Virus record (IMG/VR): IMGVR_UViG_3300045988_111035
Source: a virus
Direction: 5' to 3' (one strand)
DNA: 61,812 nt
Part shown: piece after piece, positions 8,136 through 19,900 of the stretch
How the letters are laid out: each line of letters begins with the position of its first letter
Numbering within the stretch: position 1 is the stretch's first letter
The notes under the pieces: generated by a model
The model's database searches: none
Told to the model about the DNA's origin: nothing
What the model saw: only the letters and a program-made list of their open reading frames with translations
Translations under genes and position numbers: made by a program

Positions 8136-10187
8136 CTATGATGCCGATGGAAGCTCCGCCAATCCGTTAAGACTTGCGCCCGAATCCTTCAAGTGGGCTG
8201 CGCCCTGTGCGGACGGCTGTGGCATGTTGGCGGTCGGAACTTCACCATTGGCAGCTTGCTGCGCCGCAAGAGCCTCAGCCTTGTCCATCTGCTCTTTCAA
8301 GTACTTGCGTATGCGGTACGTGCCAGGGAAGTTTCCGTTGGTCAGCATGGTGTAAGCGTCTATCTTGCCCTGTGACATCAACTGCCATAGCAAGTCGTTG
8401 ATTTGGTCTCTGATGATGGCACTGTAGGAATCCAAGTCCATAGCCACGTCCAAGTCCATGTCTCGCATGGTCTCGGGATTGAACGCCGTGCGGAAGTTGT
8501 CGCCTGTCAGTTGGATGCTGTCGTGCTCGTCACAGAACTCCTGTATGAGATAAATCTTCTTCTTCGCCTCACGAAGCTTGAAACTGTTGAAACTCTCCGC
8601 GAAATCGGTCACTGAGGTCGATGCGGACTCTCTTTCAAATTGGTATTGCTTTCCGCTGGTGTTGTGGTGTACGCCCTGCAACGCTCCCTGCACGCCACTG
8701 CCCTCGCCCGACATCTGCTTTGCGAAGTTTATCATGAACTCCACACCTGCTGGTATGCTCTTGTTGACCAATACCTGAGGCGGCTTGCCTCCGTTCTTGG
8801 AGTTCCAGAAGACCGTTCCGTTGGTCTTCACGTAGTTGACCTGCATTTCCTCGAAGGACTGGCGTTCGCTCATGGCGTTCTCGTCAAAGACCATCGTGCC
8901 CTTTGCGCCGTTGGCTACGAGGAAGTTCACCATCATCATGTAGTGGTTCAGCGTGCGTTGGTTGTTCTCCATCCTCATCACGAAGCTGCGAACCTCGCCC
9001 TGCAAGGCTGGGTAGGCTAGGAAGGTGTACGGATGGATGTAGGTACGATAGCCACCTCTTAATATATAATAAGGTGATTCCCTCGCATCGAGCAAGTAAC
9101 CGTTCGGGGTGACATATCGGCGATACCAGAAGGTCTCCAACTGTTTCTCATACTCTATCAGTTCCAACTCGTCGGGGGCTACGTATGTGATTGGCTCGCC
9201 GTTCTCGTCAAGCACAGGCAAGCCGTTCTCGTCCTTCATGATGTTGTCCTGCTTGCGCTGCTCGTTCTCAGCGTCTATCGCCGCTTGGTCTGCCAACGCT
9301 CTGAAACCAGCCTCACCGCTCAGACGGTCATGCACCCATAGGGATTGGCGGCTCTCCTTCGTCCACGCCTCTATGACACGGTACTTGCCCACGATGGAAG
9401 AGTGCAAGAAGTCCTCCAAGCCACTCAGCTGCGCCTCGCCTGTGTAGGCATAGCCCTGTTCGGGAGCGTAATGGCTCTGCGTCTGGATGTAGATGGAGTT
9501 GAGTTCGTTCTTCTCTCTCTCGCTGCCGTCGGTGAACTTCTCCAGTATCTGCCGCCATGTGAGGTCGTGAGCCTCTGCGATAAACTCGATGTCGCTCAGG
9601 TCTGACTTGTAGAACGGCGGTATGGCAAGCTTGAATATGTCAACCTCGTCGTTGAAGATGGTCTCCCTGCCATCCCTTCGGTCGTGGACGGTCTTCAATC
9701 CTATCAATCCGAAGCAACAGAAAGCGTAGAACAGGCGTGCGTCTCGCTCCTGTCGGTCGTTGTTGTTGTCGTTCTGCCGTAGGTACTCGTTGAAGAAGGA
9801 GATATATTGCTCCTCGTTCGGGTCAACGGCACGGCACGAAGCCGTGGAACGCTGCTGGCGTACCAAGCCGACAAGGGAAATGAGTTTGTCGCTCAACGTG
9901 TCGTACTCCAGTATCGGCATACCCTGCAACTCCATGTACTTACGCAAGGGCATTTTCCTTCCATTGTACTCCACTGGCTCTTCCAACTGTCTTCCCATGA
10001 TGAAGTCATCGGCACGCTTCCACTTCTTGCGAAGCTCCGACATGTCATCGAAGTAACGGCACGCCCATTGCAGGATGCGAAGGCACGACTCACTCTGCTT
10101 GAACCTAGCCGTGCTCACGCCTTTCAGCGAGTCGGGTCCAGCCTCAGCATAGTTGGTTATATCATTTATGAGACGATAATCAGGCAT
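8136..10187 (-). CDS. Portal protein candidate
   Basis: 683 aa, divergent from the terL operon. The start is set at MPDYRLIND (ATG at 10187) because the promoter elements occupy 10206..10256. The call rests on size and position only. Confidence 0.55.
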   Translation of the reverse strand: MPDYRLINDITNYAEAGPDSLKGVSTARFKQSESCLRILQWACRYFDDMSELRKKWKRADDFIMGRQLEEPVEYNGRKMPLRKYMELQGMPILEYDTLSDKLISLVGLVRQQRSTASCRAVDPNEEQYISFFNEYLRQNDNNNDRQERDARLFYAFCCFGLIGLKTVHDRRDGRETIFNDEVDIFKLAIPPFYKSDLSDIEFIAEAHDLTWRQILEKFTDGSEREKNELNSIYIQTQSHYAPEQGYAYTGEAQLSGLEDFLHSSIVGKYRVIEAWTKESRQSLWVHDRLSGEAGFRALADQAAIDAENEQRKQDNIMKDENGLPVLDENGEPITYVAPDELELIEYEKQLETFWYRRYVTPNGYLLDARESPYYILRGGYRTYIHPYTFLAYPALQGEVRSFVMRMENNQRTLNHYMMMVNFLVANGAKGTMVFDENAMSERQSFEEMQVNYVKTNGTVFWNSKNGGKPPQVLVNKSIPAGVEFMINFAKQMSGEGSGVQGALQGVHHNTSGKQYQFERESASTSVTDFAESFNSFKLREAKKKIYLIQEFCDEHDSIQLTGDNFRTAFNPETMRDMDLDVAMDLDSYSAIIRDQINDLLWQLMSQGKIDAYTMLTNGNFPGTYRIRKYLKEQMDKAEALAAQQAANGEVPTANMPQPSAQGAAHLKDSGASLNGLAELPSAS

Positions 10188-10205
10188 ATTCTTAATATTT
10201 TTCGG

Positions 10206-10287
10206 TAAAATTACTGCATTTTGCCCTCTCGCTTGTGATAAGTTGCGCAACTTATCGTTGTTTTTCCACTTTTTATGTCTATTTTTG
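10206..10287. promoter_or_regulatory. Bidirectional late-type promoter unit 2: perfect 20-bp palindrome GATAAGTTGCGCAACTTATC (10237..10256) flanked by -7 boxes
   Basis: The core is at 10243..10250. TAATTTTA lies on the minus strand at 10213..10206 and TATTTTTG on the plus strand at 10280..10287, each exactly 29 nt from the core. Confidence 0.7.
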
Positions 10288-10314
10288 TTCCGCTTTAATT
10301 AAATACGTATTTTT

Positions 10315-10779
10315 ATGAGTAAACTAGTTGACGTTCATGAAGCCTGCGTCATCACCAAGGATGACAAGGGCAATCTGTCTCTTGTGGGGAAGGCGAAGGA
10401 AGCCTTGACCTCCATGAGCAAGCATAAGGTCTCCGTGTCCATCCTTGTCTGTGAAAACAAGAAAGAAGACGTGGAGAAGTTCCTAAAGGAAAACGACGTG
10501 CCTTTCGCATCCATCCGCTCCAAGGGAGAGGAAAGCAAGGGCGAGGACGGCAAGGAGTCGAAGGCTGACGTTGCCGTCATGCCTGGCTCGAAGGTGGTCA
10601 CGCTAGACGGCGACTGGCAATGGTGTCTTGACCGCATCGTCCAACGCCTGTGGGGTGAGAAGAAGAAGGAATCCCCGAAGAGTGAACAGCAGCGCATGGA
10701 TGCCGCCATGGACGATTACATCAAGTGGGCGAAGCCTACCAAGAAGACCACTGGCGACATGATTCAAAGCGGCGGCTGA
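10315..10779 (+). CDS. Hypothetical acidic protein
   Basis: 154-aa ORF driven by the plus arm of promoter unit 2. Confidence 0.55.
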   Translation: MSKLVDVHEACVITKDDKGNLSLVGKAKEALTSMSKHKVSVSILVCENKKEDVEKFLKENDVPFASIRSKGEESKGEDGKESKADVAVMPGSKVVTLDGDWQWCLDRIVQRLWGEKKKESPKSEQQRMDAAMDDYIKWAKPTKKTTGDMIQSGG

Positions 10780-10850
10780 TACTTCAAAAGGCAAAGTTTA
10801 TTTTAGATATTACTGTTTTTTTTATTTGGTTAGAATTTTACATAACTATC

Positions 10851-10882
10851 AAAGGCGACCCGTTGTGAAACGAGCCGCCTTT
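10851..10882. terminator. Bidirectional terminator hairpin
   Basis: AAAGGCG..CGTT gtga AACG..CGCCTTT followed by TTTTC, between convergent genes (10779 and 10908). Confidence 0.6.
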
Positions 10883-10907
10883 TTCTATATCTGGGAGCGA
10901 CGAGGGC

Positions 10908-13900
10908 TTACTCTAACTTCCTCACATGCTCCATTCCGTTCAAGTCCTTCAAGAGTTGCTGACGTGTCGAACGTATCTGTCTCAGCAGCTCCTTGTCCTC
11001 CTTTCCGCCCAACTTCTTCTTCAATCGGTTCATCTTGCTTGTGGCACGGCTGATGGCTTGGCGAGCCTTGAATATCCTTGCGTATGTCTCTCGGAACGAC
11101 TGAGCCTTGCCTGGGTCCGATTCCCTCAGCTCCGCCAATCGGTCGGCATATTGCTTGGTGCTGCTCTTGACACTCTGAATGCGCCAATCCTCGGTCACGT
11201 CCTTGGAGTCGGCAACCATCAGATACTTGTCATCCGCTTTCGTCAAGTCCTTGATGTCCTCGCCTTGCTGGTAAGCATCTACCATGTCCTTCGCCTCCTG
11301 CCAAGTAAATGCCTTGTACTCGCTTTGCGAGAGGAACTTTCTCATCTTTTCCCTCATCTTGCGTTTCTCGGTCACGCTCTTGGCTTCGTCAAAGCGTTGG
11401 GTGGCTATCTGCAACGAGGTTACACCGTCCTGCATTTCCTTCGATTCAAGTGCCTTGATGGAAGAGATTGCAGCTTGCAGTTGCTTCTCGGCATCAAGTC
11501 CATTTCGTTGGCAACTCTGATAGGTGAGGAACACGCCTTCCATGTCACCGCTTAGGATGAAGTTCTTGAAGTAGTCCTGTGCCTTCCAGTTGCTGAATCC
11601 CTTCGAGGATGGGAAGAAGAAGTCAACCGCCTTGAACTCCTTGTTTTCTTGGCTCGGAATCAAGAAAGGTGCCCAGTAGAGCGCATCCTTGTAAAGCAAA
11701 CCGATGGTCTTGCCATACTTGCGTTGTATCTCTTGGTCGGCATGGCTGGCTTGGAAGTCGCTCAAATAGTTGATGTCATCAAGCACCATTCTTGCCATTG
11801 GGTTAGCCTTACCTAGCATTCTCTGCACCATTGGGCCAGGGAACTCCAGTTCTCCCTTCGAGTTGAAAAGATACTCTGGAACCTCACGGAACTGCTTGCC
11901 ATGACGCACATACATTTCCGTGCCATCGGCATAGCGTCCTGCAAATATCTTGCTCTGCTGTCCTGCCGTGTTCCCTCTCATCAAATAGTCGTACCACTTC
12001 ATTCCGTCTGGATATGCCAATTCGTATGGACTCTTGTAACTAGGATTGGTCTTCCGTATCTCCTTGGCTTTCTCATTTTCCTTTTCCTCGTCCATCGCAC
12101 GGAAGGCGGTATTGATGCCATTGGCAAATGCCTCATAAAATCCAAAGCCTATCAAATAGCAGATTAATGCTGACACCTGTCTCTGCTTCCTACCAAAATA
12201 TTCAGGTGGAAGAGCTTCTTTCTTTCTAGCTGCTGCCCATACGTGGTTATAGTAATTCTTGAAGCTATCCAAGGTCGCCTCGTTCCAGATAGAGCCGAAA
12301 CCTGTAAGAGCCAAGAAATGGCGAGTCGTAGAGGCGTTCCAGTCTGGAGATAGAAGACAGCGACCAGCTATTTTCAAGGTTCGATGGCTTGCTCCCAGTA
12401 CATCCCAGTGCTGACCTCCAAACATATCGTTCACAAACTGACCATCCTCGTCCAAGGCTTTGCTTAGTTGCTCGCCCGTCCAACCGTATTTCTTGGCACG
12501 TTCTTTGGTTCTGTCCGCACGCATACGATAAGTGGCAAGTTTCAAACCATCATGCAAGAAGTCCCACAATGCCACGTCCATACCTTTATTGAGCATAGAA
12601 ACCATCTGCGTGGCTACCTCGAAAGGAATGGTTGCAGCACCTACTGCCGTTCCTATCTTGCCTCGCTCTCCCAATTTCTGTTGCAGTTTTTGGGCAAAAC
12701 CACGCCAGTTGTCAAACATATTCTGCACGTCCGCCGCCGCATAGTCGTTGGTCGCTCCAAACTTCACTAGGTGGGATGCCGCCTCCTGAAAGTCCTCGGG
12801 ATTGGCGAAACATGGCAACTGGTGCGTCCTCATGGTGTCAATGAAGATGTATTTCATAAAGTTGGCCATTGCCTTCTTGGGACCGAACTCTATCAGATTC
12901 TGGACCATATACACCTCGGTCAACGCTCCTGCATGGAATCCACTGAAACCAAGCTCAATCTTCTTGGCACTCGAAGCGGCGGTGTCGAACGCTCTCCAGA
13001 ATGGGGATGACTCATAAGTGTCGAACACCACCCCGAAACGGTCGGCTGCGCTCTTCTCGCTATATAGCACATACTCCTTGCCTGTGATTGGGTTCTTTAC
13101 CTTCACTTGCTTAGGGGAAACGTTATACACCCATACTGGACCTATGCCTGGAACCTCGAAGTACTTGTATTGCTCCAAGTTGAACGGTGCGACAGAAGAA
13201 AGAATCGGGTCGCTCGAAATGATGTCGCCGTTCTCGTCTCTCTCCACCACGTTCAAGCCGCTCACCTCTTGCAGCATGGTCTTGTTAGCCCACGCCTCGA
13301 TGTTGCTACGGCTGTAGTATGCCATCATCTTGGTGATGTCGGTGGTCTTCGGCACAAGTCCTAGGTTGATTCCCTCCATCAAGGTACTGATGGTTCTTGG
13401 CTTCTCGTTCGGGCTTTTCGTGCGCTGACGGTTCTCCACATACATCTTGTATGCCTCGGGATTGGACTTCTCCTTATCCCAGATGTGGTTTACGTAGTCG
13501 GCGGTGAAGCCAGTGTCCTCACGCAAGGTGTGGTTGTCCTTCAACCAGTCGTAGGTATAGTTGTACCAGTCGTGGATGGCATCAAGCGTTGACTTCATTT
13601 CCTCGGAAAGGTTCTCGTACTCGATACCCTTTGGAACGATTCTCGTATGGGCAATGAGCGGCTTCACTTGGTCTGTAAGGATGTCCGTGCCGTCAAGAGG
13701 AACAAAGCCAACGTCCAACTTGTGGTTCTCGTTGATGGCGTTCGCTATCTTGCTGGCTTGCTCGCTCACGGCGTGTACATCGTCGTACTCTGGCACAAGC
13801 TTCTCCTCGCCTCCCTTCTTCACCGTCTTGTAGTGGAATCTGCCTATCAATTCCTCGAAGTCATCGATGTAAGGTTGAATGTCTCTCACGTCCTTAGGAG

Positions 13901-16900
13901 TGATATGAATGTGCCCCTTGGCGAACACGCCTGTACTATTCAAGTCGAAAGCCAAGTCACGGATTCTTCTCGGTGCTTCTATTATATAAGGTATAGCCTC
14001 AGCGAGTGCATCTGCCTTAGAAGACTTCCCCTTATATTCCGAATAGAGCTTGTCGAAGACACCGCTTCCTGCCATGCCCTCGATGCGTCTCTTGATGTCG
14101 TTGATGTAGATGGCATCGTCGGCACTCGCCTCCTCCATGTTCTTTCGTCGGTGGATGACGGCATGTTTCACGGTTCGGGCTGCGCCTTCCTTGCTCACGT
14201 CCGTACTCGTCACCTCCGCCATGGCATCCATCACCCTCTTGTCAAGGTCTGCCGCCTCTGGTGAGGTCTCGGCTGGATATACCTTTCCCTCGTAAAGGTC
14301 TAGGTCGGCGGTCTCCTGCTCGTTCAGCTCATGTCGGGTCAGCCAATCCTCATAGCGTTGGGTTGCCTCCACTTGCTTCTGCTTCTCCCATGCGAACATG
14401 TCTGGCATAGGGTCTTCCTTGTCGTTGATGGCGTTCTGCCATTTCTCATATTCCTTGTAACGTGGGAAGAAGGATTCATCGCTCTCTCCTTCCTCTCGTT
14501 TTGGCAACGAAGGCATATCGTCGCCGACAAGTCCATGACGGTCACGCCAGTCCTTGTTGAGCTGTTCCCATTCCTTCTTGCCCTCCACGTCCTTGTCTAT
14601 GTCATAGAACTGAGGTGGCTCTGGGTCGTTGGTGTCCTCTCGGGCATCCTTCCACCGCTGCCACTCACGCACACGCTTCATGTATTGGATAGGACTCTCA
14701 CCCTTCTTCATGCGTGGTTTGCCACTGCCCTTGTCACTGAGCGCATTCTTGATGTCATCGCCTGTGGCTTGGCGCATGATGGCATCTTGCTTGTCCTTAG
14801 ACATGTTATCCCAAACGTGCAGAGCCTTCCCTGCCTTCATCAGGTAATAGCGCAAGTCCTTGTCGTTGAGAAGACCAGGAACACGGATTCCCAACTTCTT
14901 CAACGCCTTGATGAGATAGTGCTTCATCTTAGTCCAAAGGGTGAAGTCCTTTGCCGTCTTAGGGCCATCCTCCGCCAAGTGGGCGATGTATTCCTGGGTT
15001 GCCTCGTTGAGACGGTCGGCATTCTTCCATTCAGGGTCGTACTTGTTGGCGAAGTCGAGAATTTTGCCACGTGTGTCACCATCCACCGATTTATACACAA
15101 AGTTGGCGAAGTCTCTCACACCTTGCTCACCACCTAGAAGCACCTCCATGCCCTCGTGTCCCACCTTCTCATGGAAGACGGTGCGCTGCGCATCGTTGGC
15201 ATCCTCACAGTTAGGGAGATAGACATGAACGGTGTGGTTGCTTGGGTCGTACCATCCCTTTGCGCCACGTTCCACGTCCGCACGATACTCCTCAGGAACA
15301 CTCTCCACGGAAGCATAAACGTTAGCCTCAGCACCTCCAAGAGTGTTGGCTACATTCTTCACCACATCTAGTGTGTCCTTGCCGATAACAGAGCCATTGT
15401 TTCTCATGCCGTCGCCCAAGCGTGCCTTGGTCTTCTTTGCTTTCTTGCCATACACCTTGGAATAGTGAGTACCTGCATGTTCCCCTTCAAGAAGAACACC
15501 CTTGTTGTCGGTCTCGACAAAAGGAACGCCAAGTTTCTCCAACTCTTTTCTGAGACTTGGAGTTACCACGTTGGAAGGCATGATAACCTTTTTGTCCTTA
15601 AACATGTCGTTCACAATAACATCAGCTACCTCACTGTCAGGCACGATACGCACAGGTTTATCCCAACGAGAGAGAATCAGCTTACGTTTGCCTGTCAACT
15701 GTCCTTGGATAATACCTGCCTTCCACTCGACTTCACCCACAGCATCCTTGGCTTTGTCAGCCTTGTAACCACTGGTGAGCTCGCTCTTTGGCACCTCAAC
15801 CTCTACAGTTACAATGTTTGGACGATTCTGAGCCTCGCTAAACTGGTCATTCAGTGGGGTACGAGAAGTATGAAGGTAAGGATTGTAAGCAGCCTTTAGT
15901 GACTTACCGTTACCCTTGTTTAGGGTAAACATACCCTTATCGTCAGCAAGTTCTGGTCGCTCGTCTGCCTGTTCCCATTTACCAAGTTCGATAGGCTGCA
16001 CAAACTTGCCCTTCACCTTTGCAGCCATCGGTGGATAGAGTTTTCCATCATCACCAAGTTGCATGGCACGATACACTTTTACAGTGTCCTCATTATCAAG
16101 TTTCTTGATGGTCTTAGGGTCAGTCACAACTGAATAGCTGGCACCGCCTCCATCCATGACAATCTGGTCGCCTCTATCCACATCCTCTGTATCAGATGCC
16201 AATGAGTTTCTTCGTTCCTCGTCTGTCATGCCCATACGAGACATAACGTTTCGAGCCTCAACCTCTCCTGCAAGATTATAATAAAGTTCGTCATCAGAAA
16301 GATTCTTCAAGGCATCTTTCAGTTTGTTATTGATACCCAAGGCATCTTTGTTCCCCTTCGGAATCGAGTTCCAAACTTCGTCTGCCAAACGGTTGAGTTC
16401 ATTGATTGCCTCATCCACGTGATAGCCAGTTTCGGCAATTTGCTTGGCATTCAAGTCACTAAGTTGGTCATAGTCATTTACCAACTTCGAGTTTTCTTCA
16501 CCGTCCAATAGGTTCATGGCATCCCAATAGTACTCAATAGCCTTATCCTTAATGAAAGGATTGTCACTATTGATTAGCCCCTTGAACTTACCCAAATTCA
16601 ATGCTGTTTTTTTGAAGTCAACCCATGTCTTCATCTTTTGTAGGGCATAATCCGCATACTCAGAGTTTTCATCAATGATTTTCTGAATCCTCTTACGGAC
16701 ATCATTTGAGTTTCCACCCTTGGCAAAACCCTCGATATATTGGATTGCATGCTGCACTTCATGTGCAAGAACCTTTTTACCATAATCGTTCAATGAAATT
16801 TGTGTACCAAGGAACTTCACACCTTTTTCTAGAGGGATTGCATTTAATAGACGCACGACCTTAGCAACTTTCGGCATATCTTTCTCTATTTTATTAAAGA

Positions 16901-19900
16901 GTTCATCTGCCTTTAACTCATCCTCGGTATATCCACCAAACTGATCTATAGCATCATCCGCCCAACTTTTTGTATCATCAGGAAAGGAAGCACACGCATC
17001 CATAAATTTCTTTTTAGCAACCTCGATGTCCTTGAAATTAGATGGCTTAGAATATTTCTTCTCCACGGTAAACATATCCGTTCTTAACGCAATGTTATTG
17101 TGGAGATTATCATACATTCCTTGCAAATCCGTTTTCCCCACCATCTGAACATCAACGTTCTTTAGAGATGGATAAGCATCAAACAGCCCTTTATCATCAA
17201 TGAGGTCAGACAACTTACACAAAGGTTCGTTGTAAGGAGCATAAGGACCTACATGAACAATATTTATATCTTTATCTACAGTTATTGGCTTCTCTGATTT
17301 AAAATCAGGGATTTCATATCTCCATTTTCCATCAGCACCACGTTCCCAACCTGTTGCAAACTTTATGACTTTTGGTGTTAGAGCATTATTTTCCATCGCT
17401 TTTGCTACTTGCAGGTTATCCATGCGGATGGTTTGCTCCTCTGCCTTGTCAGCCTCAGCAGCTCCCTTCTCACCTGCAAACATGAAGCGAATGCCCTCAG
17501 AGTTATTGATGGCATCCATCGTAACCTTTTCACGTTCTTCCTTCCCATCATAAGTATGCACATCAATGCCAGCCTTCTTCAAGGCATCCACCACGTCCTT
17601 AGGAGTGTCCTTTGGCACAATAGCCTTCTCAAATTCATCAAGACCATAAGGACGCATGAACTTGGTCTCGAAATAGATGGAAGGCTTCTCATTCTTGACA
17701 GCATCAATCAATTCATTCAACTTGTCGATGTCCTCGTCAGTCAAGTCCACACCATACTCATCCTTAGCATATTTCTTTGGATTCTTCTGTGTGGCAGCCT
17801 CTTCCAATCTATCCATGCCATAGCTTTCAAATGGACCAGCATCAGGTTGCATCTTATCAGCCAACTCATCATAGACAGGTTGCCATTTTTCTTGGAACTT
17901 CTCAACGTCCTCATAGTTGTCGGTCAAATTGCCCTTCTTCTTGCGAATTTGGTCAAGAGTCCCCATAGGTTTCAATATGGATGCTACGAAATGACTGAAA
18001 GAAGCCGAACCAACGGAAGCATTCTTGCCATCTTGTTTCATTACCTTCACAGCATTCTCCACAGTGTTAGGCAGATACTTACGATTGCCATCTGGCTTAT
18101 ATCCAGCAAAGATAACCTCCTCCACATTATAGCGGTCATTAAGTTTTTCTTTCCATGAATCGAAGTCTTCCTTCATACTATTGTCCTGAATGTATTGTTG
18201 TGCAGCTTTCATCGTTGCATTCTCGTCCACCTTACCAGAAGTCTCTGCATCACGCAGTATGCCATCAACGAAACGAGACAAAGCCCCATAGTCATAGCCA
18301 TGTTCCTTCATCCAATCAACATCAAGTTGTTTGTTCTTGGCAATATTGGAGTTTGGTCTTTTTTTGATAAACTCCTCATCCTTCTTGATGAAGTTCTTGA
18401 TGTCATTGTCAAACTCCTCCCGATTACCATCATATACCTCACGAATGAACAAATCAAGAAGCTTTTCCTTCTGTTCATCAGTAGTTGAATAGATACTATC
18501 CAATTTTCCCAAGATGCCTTTCACCTCATCATGGAGTTCCTTTGGATATTTACCTTCCACATGCACCAACTCAGGAGCTTTTCCTTTCTCATGCAAATAG
18601 AGATAAGCCAAGCTGTTTGTATCACGACCATCCATGAAGCTGTTGATGGCATTTCTTGTGAGACTTTGCATTTCCTTTGGAACAGACTCGATGTCAATGT
18701 AAGCCACATCACTACCATTTCCGCCAAACTTTTTCTCTACAGGTGGATAGATAGGAGTCCACGCATCAGCAGCATAAGTACCGATGTTCTTGCCTGTTCT
18801 CTTGGCTATCTTTTCTGCCTTCGGTATCAGTGTAATCTCACCAAAGCCCGAATATATTCCGTTTTTGGAGTCTATTACACCCATGGAAGGAGCAGCAAAG
18901 CCACCTTGCTTGATAGCTTTGCGTAGCTTGTCAAGGCTGATGTTGTGCATACCAAACATGGTTTTGTCCGCATCCCTTGAAGCCTTAGCAGCCTTGGCAG
19001 CCTCTCGTGGGTCAATGCCATCGAGCAAGTCCTTCATCACACGGTCTGCTACCTCCTCAGCTGTGGTGAAGTGGATGTGAAGGAAGTCGGCAACCTTCTT
19101 CCAGAACTTGGCAAGAACCTTCTTCAACCGTTGAAGGGCATAGAGTGCCTTCGCCTTCTCCGTGACGCTACCATCACCGTCGAGGATGGCATCATACTCC
19201 TCACGGATTCGCTCCGCACCTCTCTTGCCTGAATATTGGGCAAGTACCTCGTCGGCGATGTCGCTGTCAGTCTCCAAGTGAGGATATTCCCTCCTCACCT
19301 TATCCCACACAGGCTTCAAGCCCTTCATGAGGTTCACGATGTTCTCCCACTCCTTAGAATTGCCAGAACGCACCGCCTCAGCCCACAAGTGGGCATATTC
19401 ATGGATAGGAGTTTCACTGTTCGCAATACGAGGGTCGATGTAAATCTTGCCATCTACGGTGTAACCGTATGCCTCACCGTTAGGAGTGCGGAAAAACTTC
19501 ACATGATTCTTTATCTGCATATCCTCTGGCTTGAAGATGACATAGTTAGTGTCACCTTCCTCTGCACCGCTACCATGATATACTCGCTGTTCACGAATGT
19601 AGTTGGCATTCACCTCCTGCTTCTCAGCAAGTCCAGTCGTGTCCTTGAACTCACCACTATACAGTGCTTGCTTGATAGAATTAGCGATGTCTGCCAAAGG
19701 TTTGCCCTCAGCCTTGCGCAACTTAATGGCATTATAGTAGAACTCAACGATATGAGCATCACCATCATTGGTAATACCTTTGTTGTCCTTATTGGTAACA
19801 ACGACACTGATAGCATCTGATTGTCCGTTTGTGTCTAGGTTGGAGACGGTTGCGTTATGGTCGCTGACACGGACAGTTACCACATTGCCATTCTTACACT

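Noticed and set aside
15141-15180. A third zincin active site at VFHEKVGHEGME in the giant ORF
   Set aside because: The spacing is H-E-x-x-x-H, not the canonical HExxH. Without profile support it should not be called a metallopeptidase motif.
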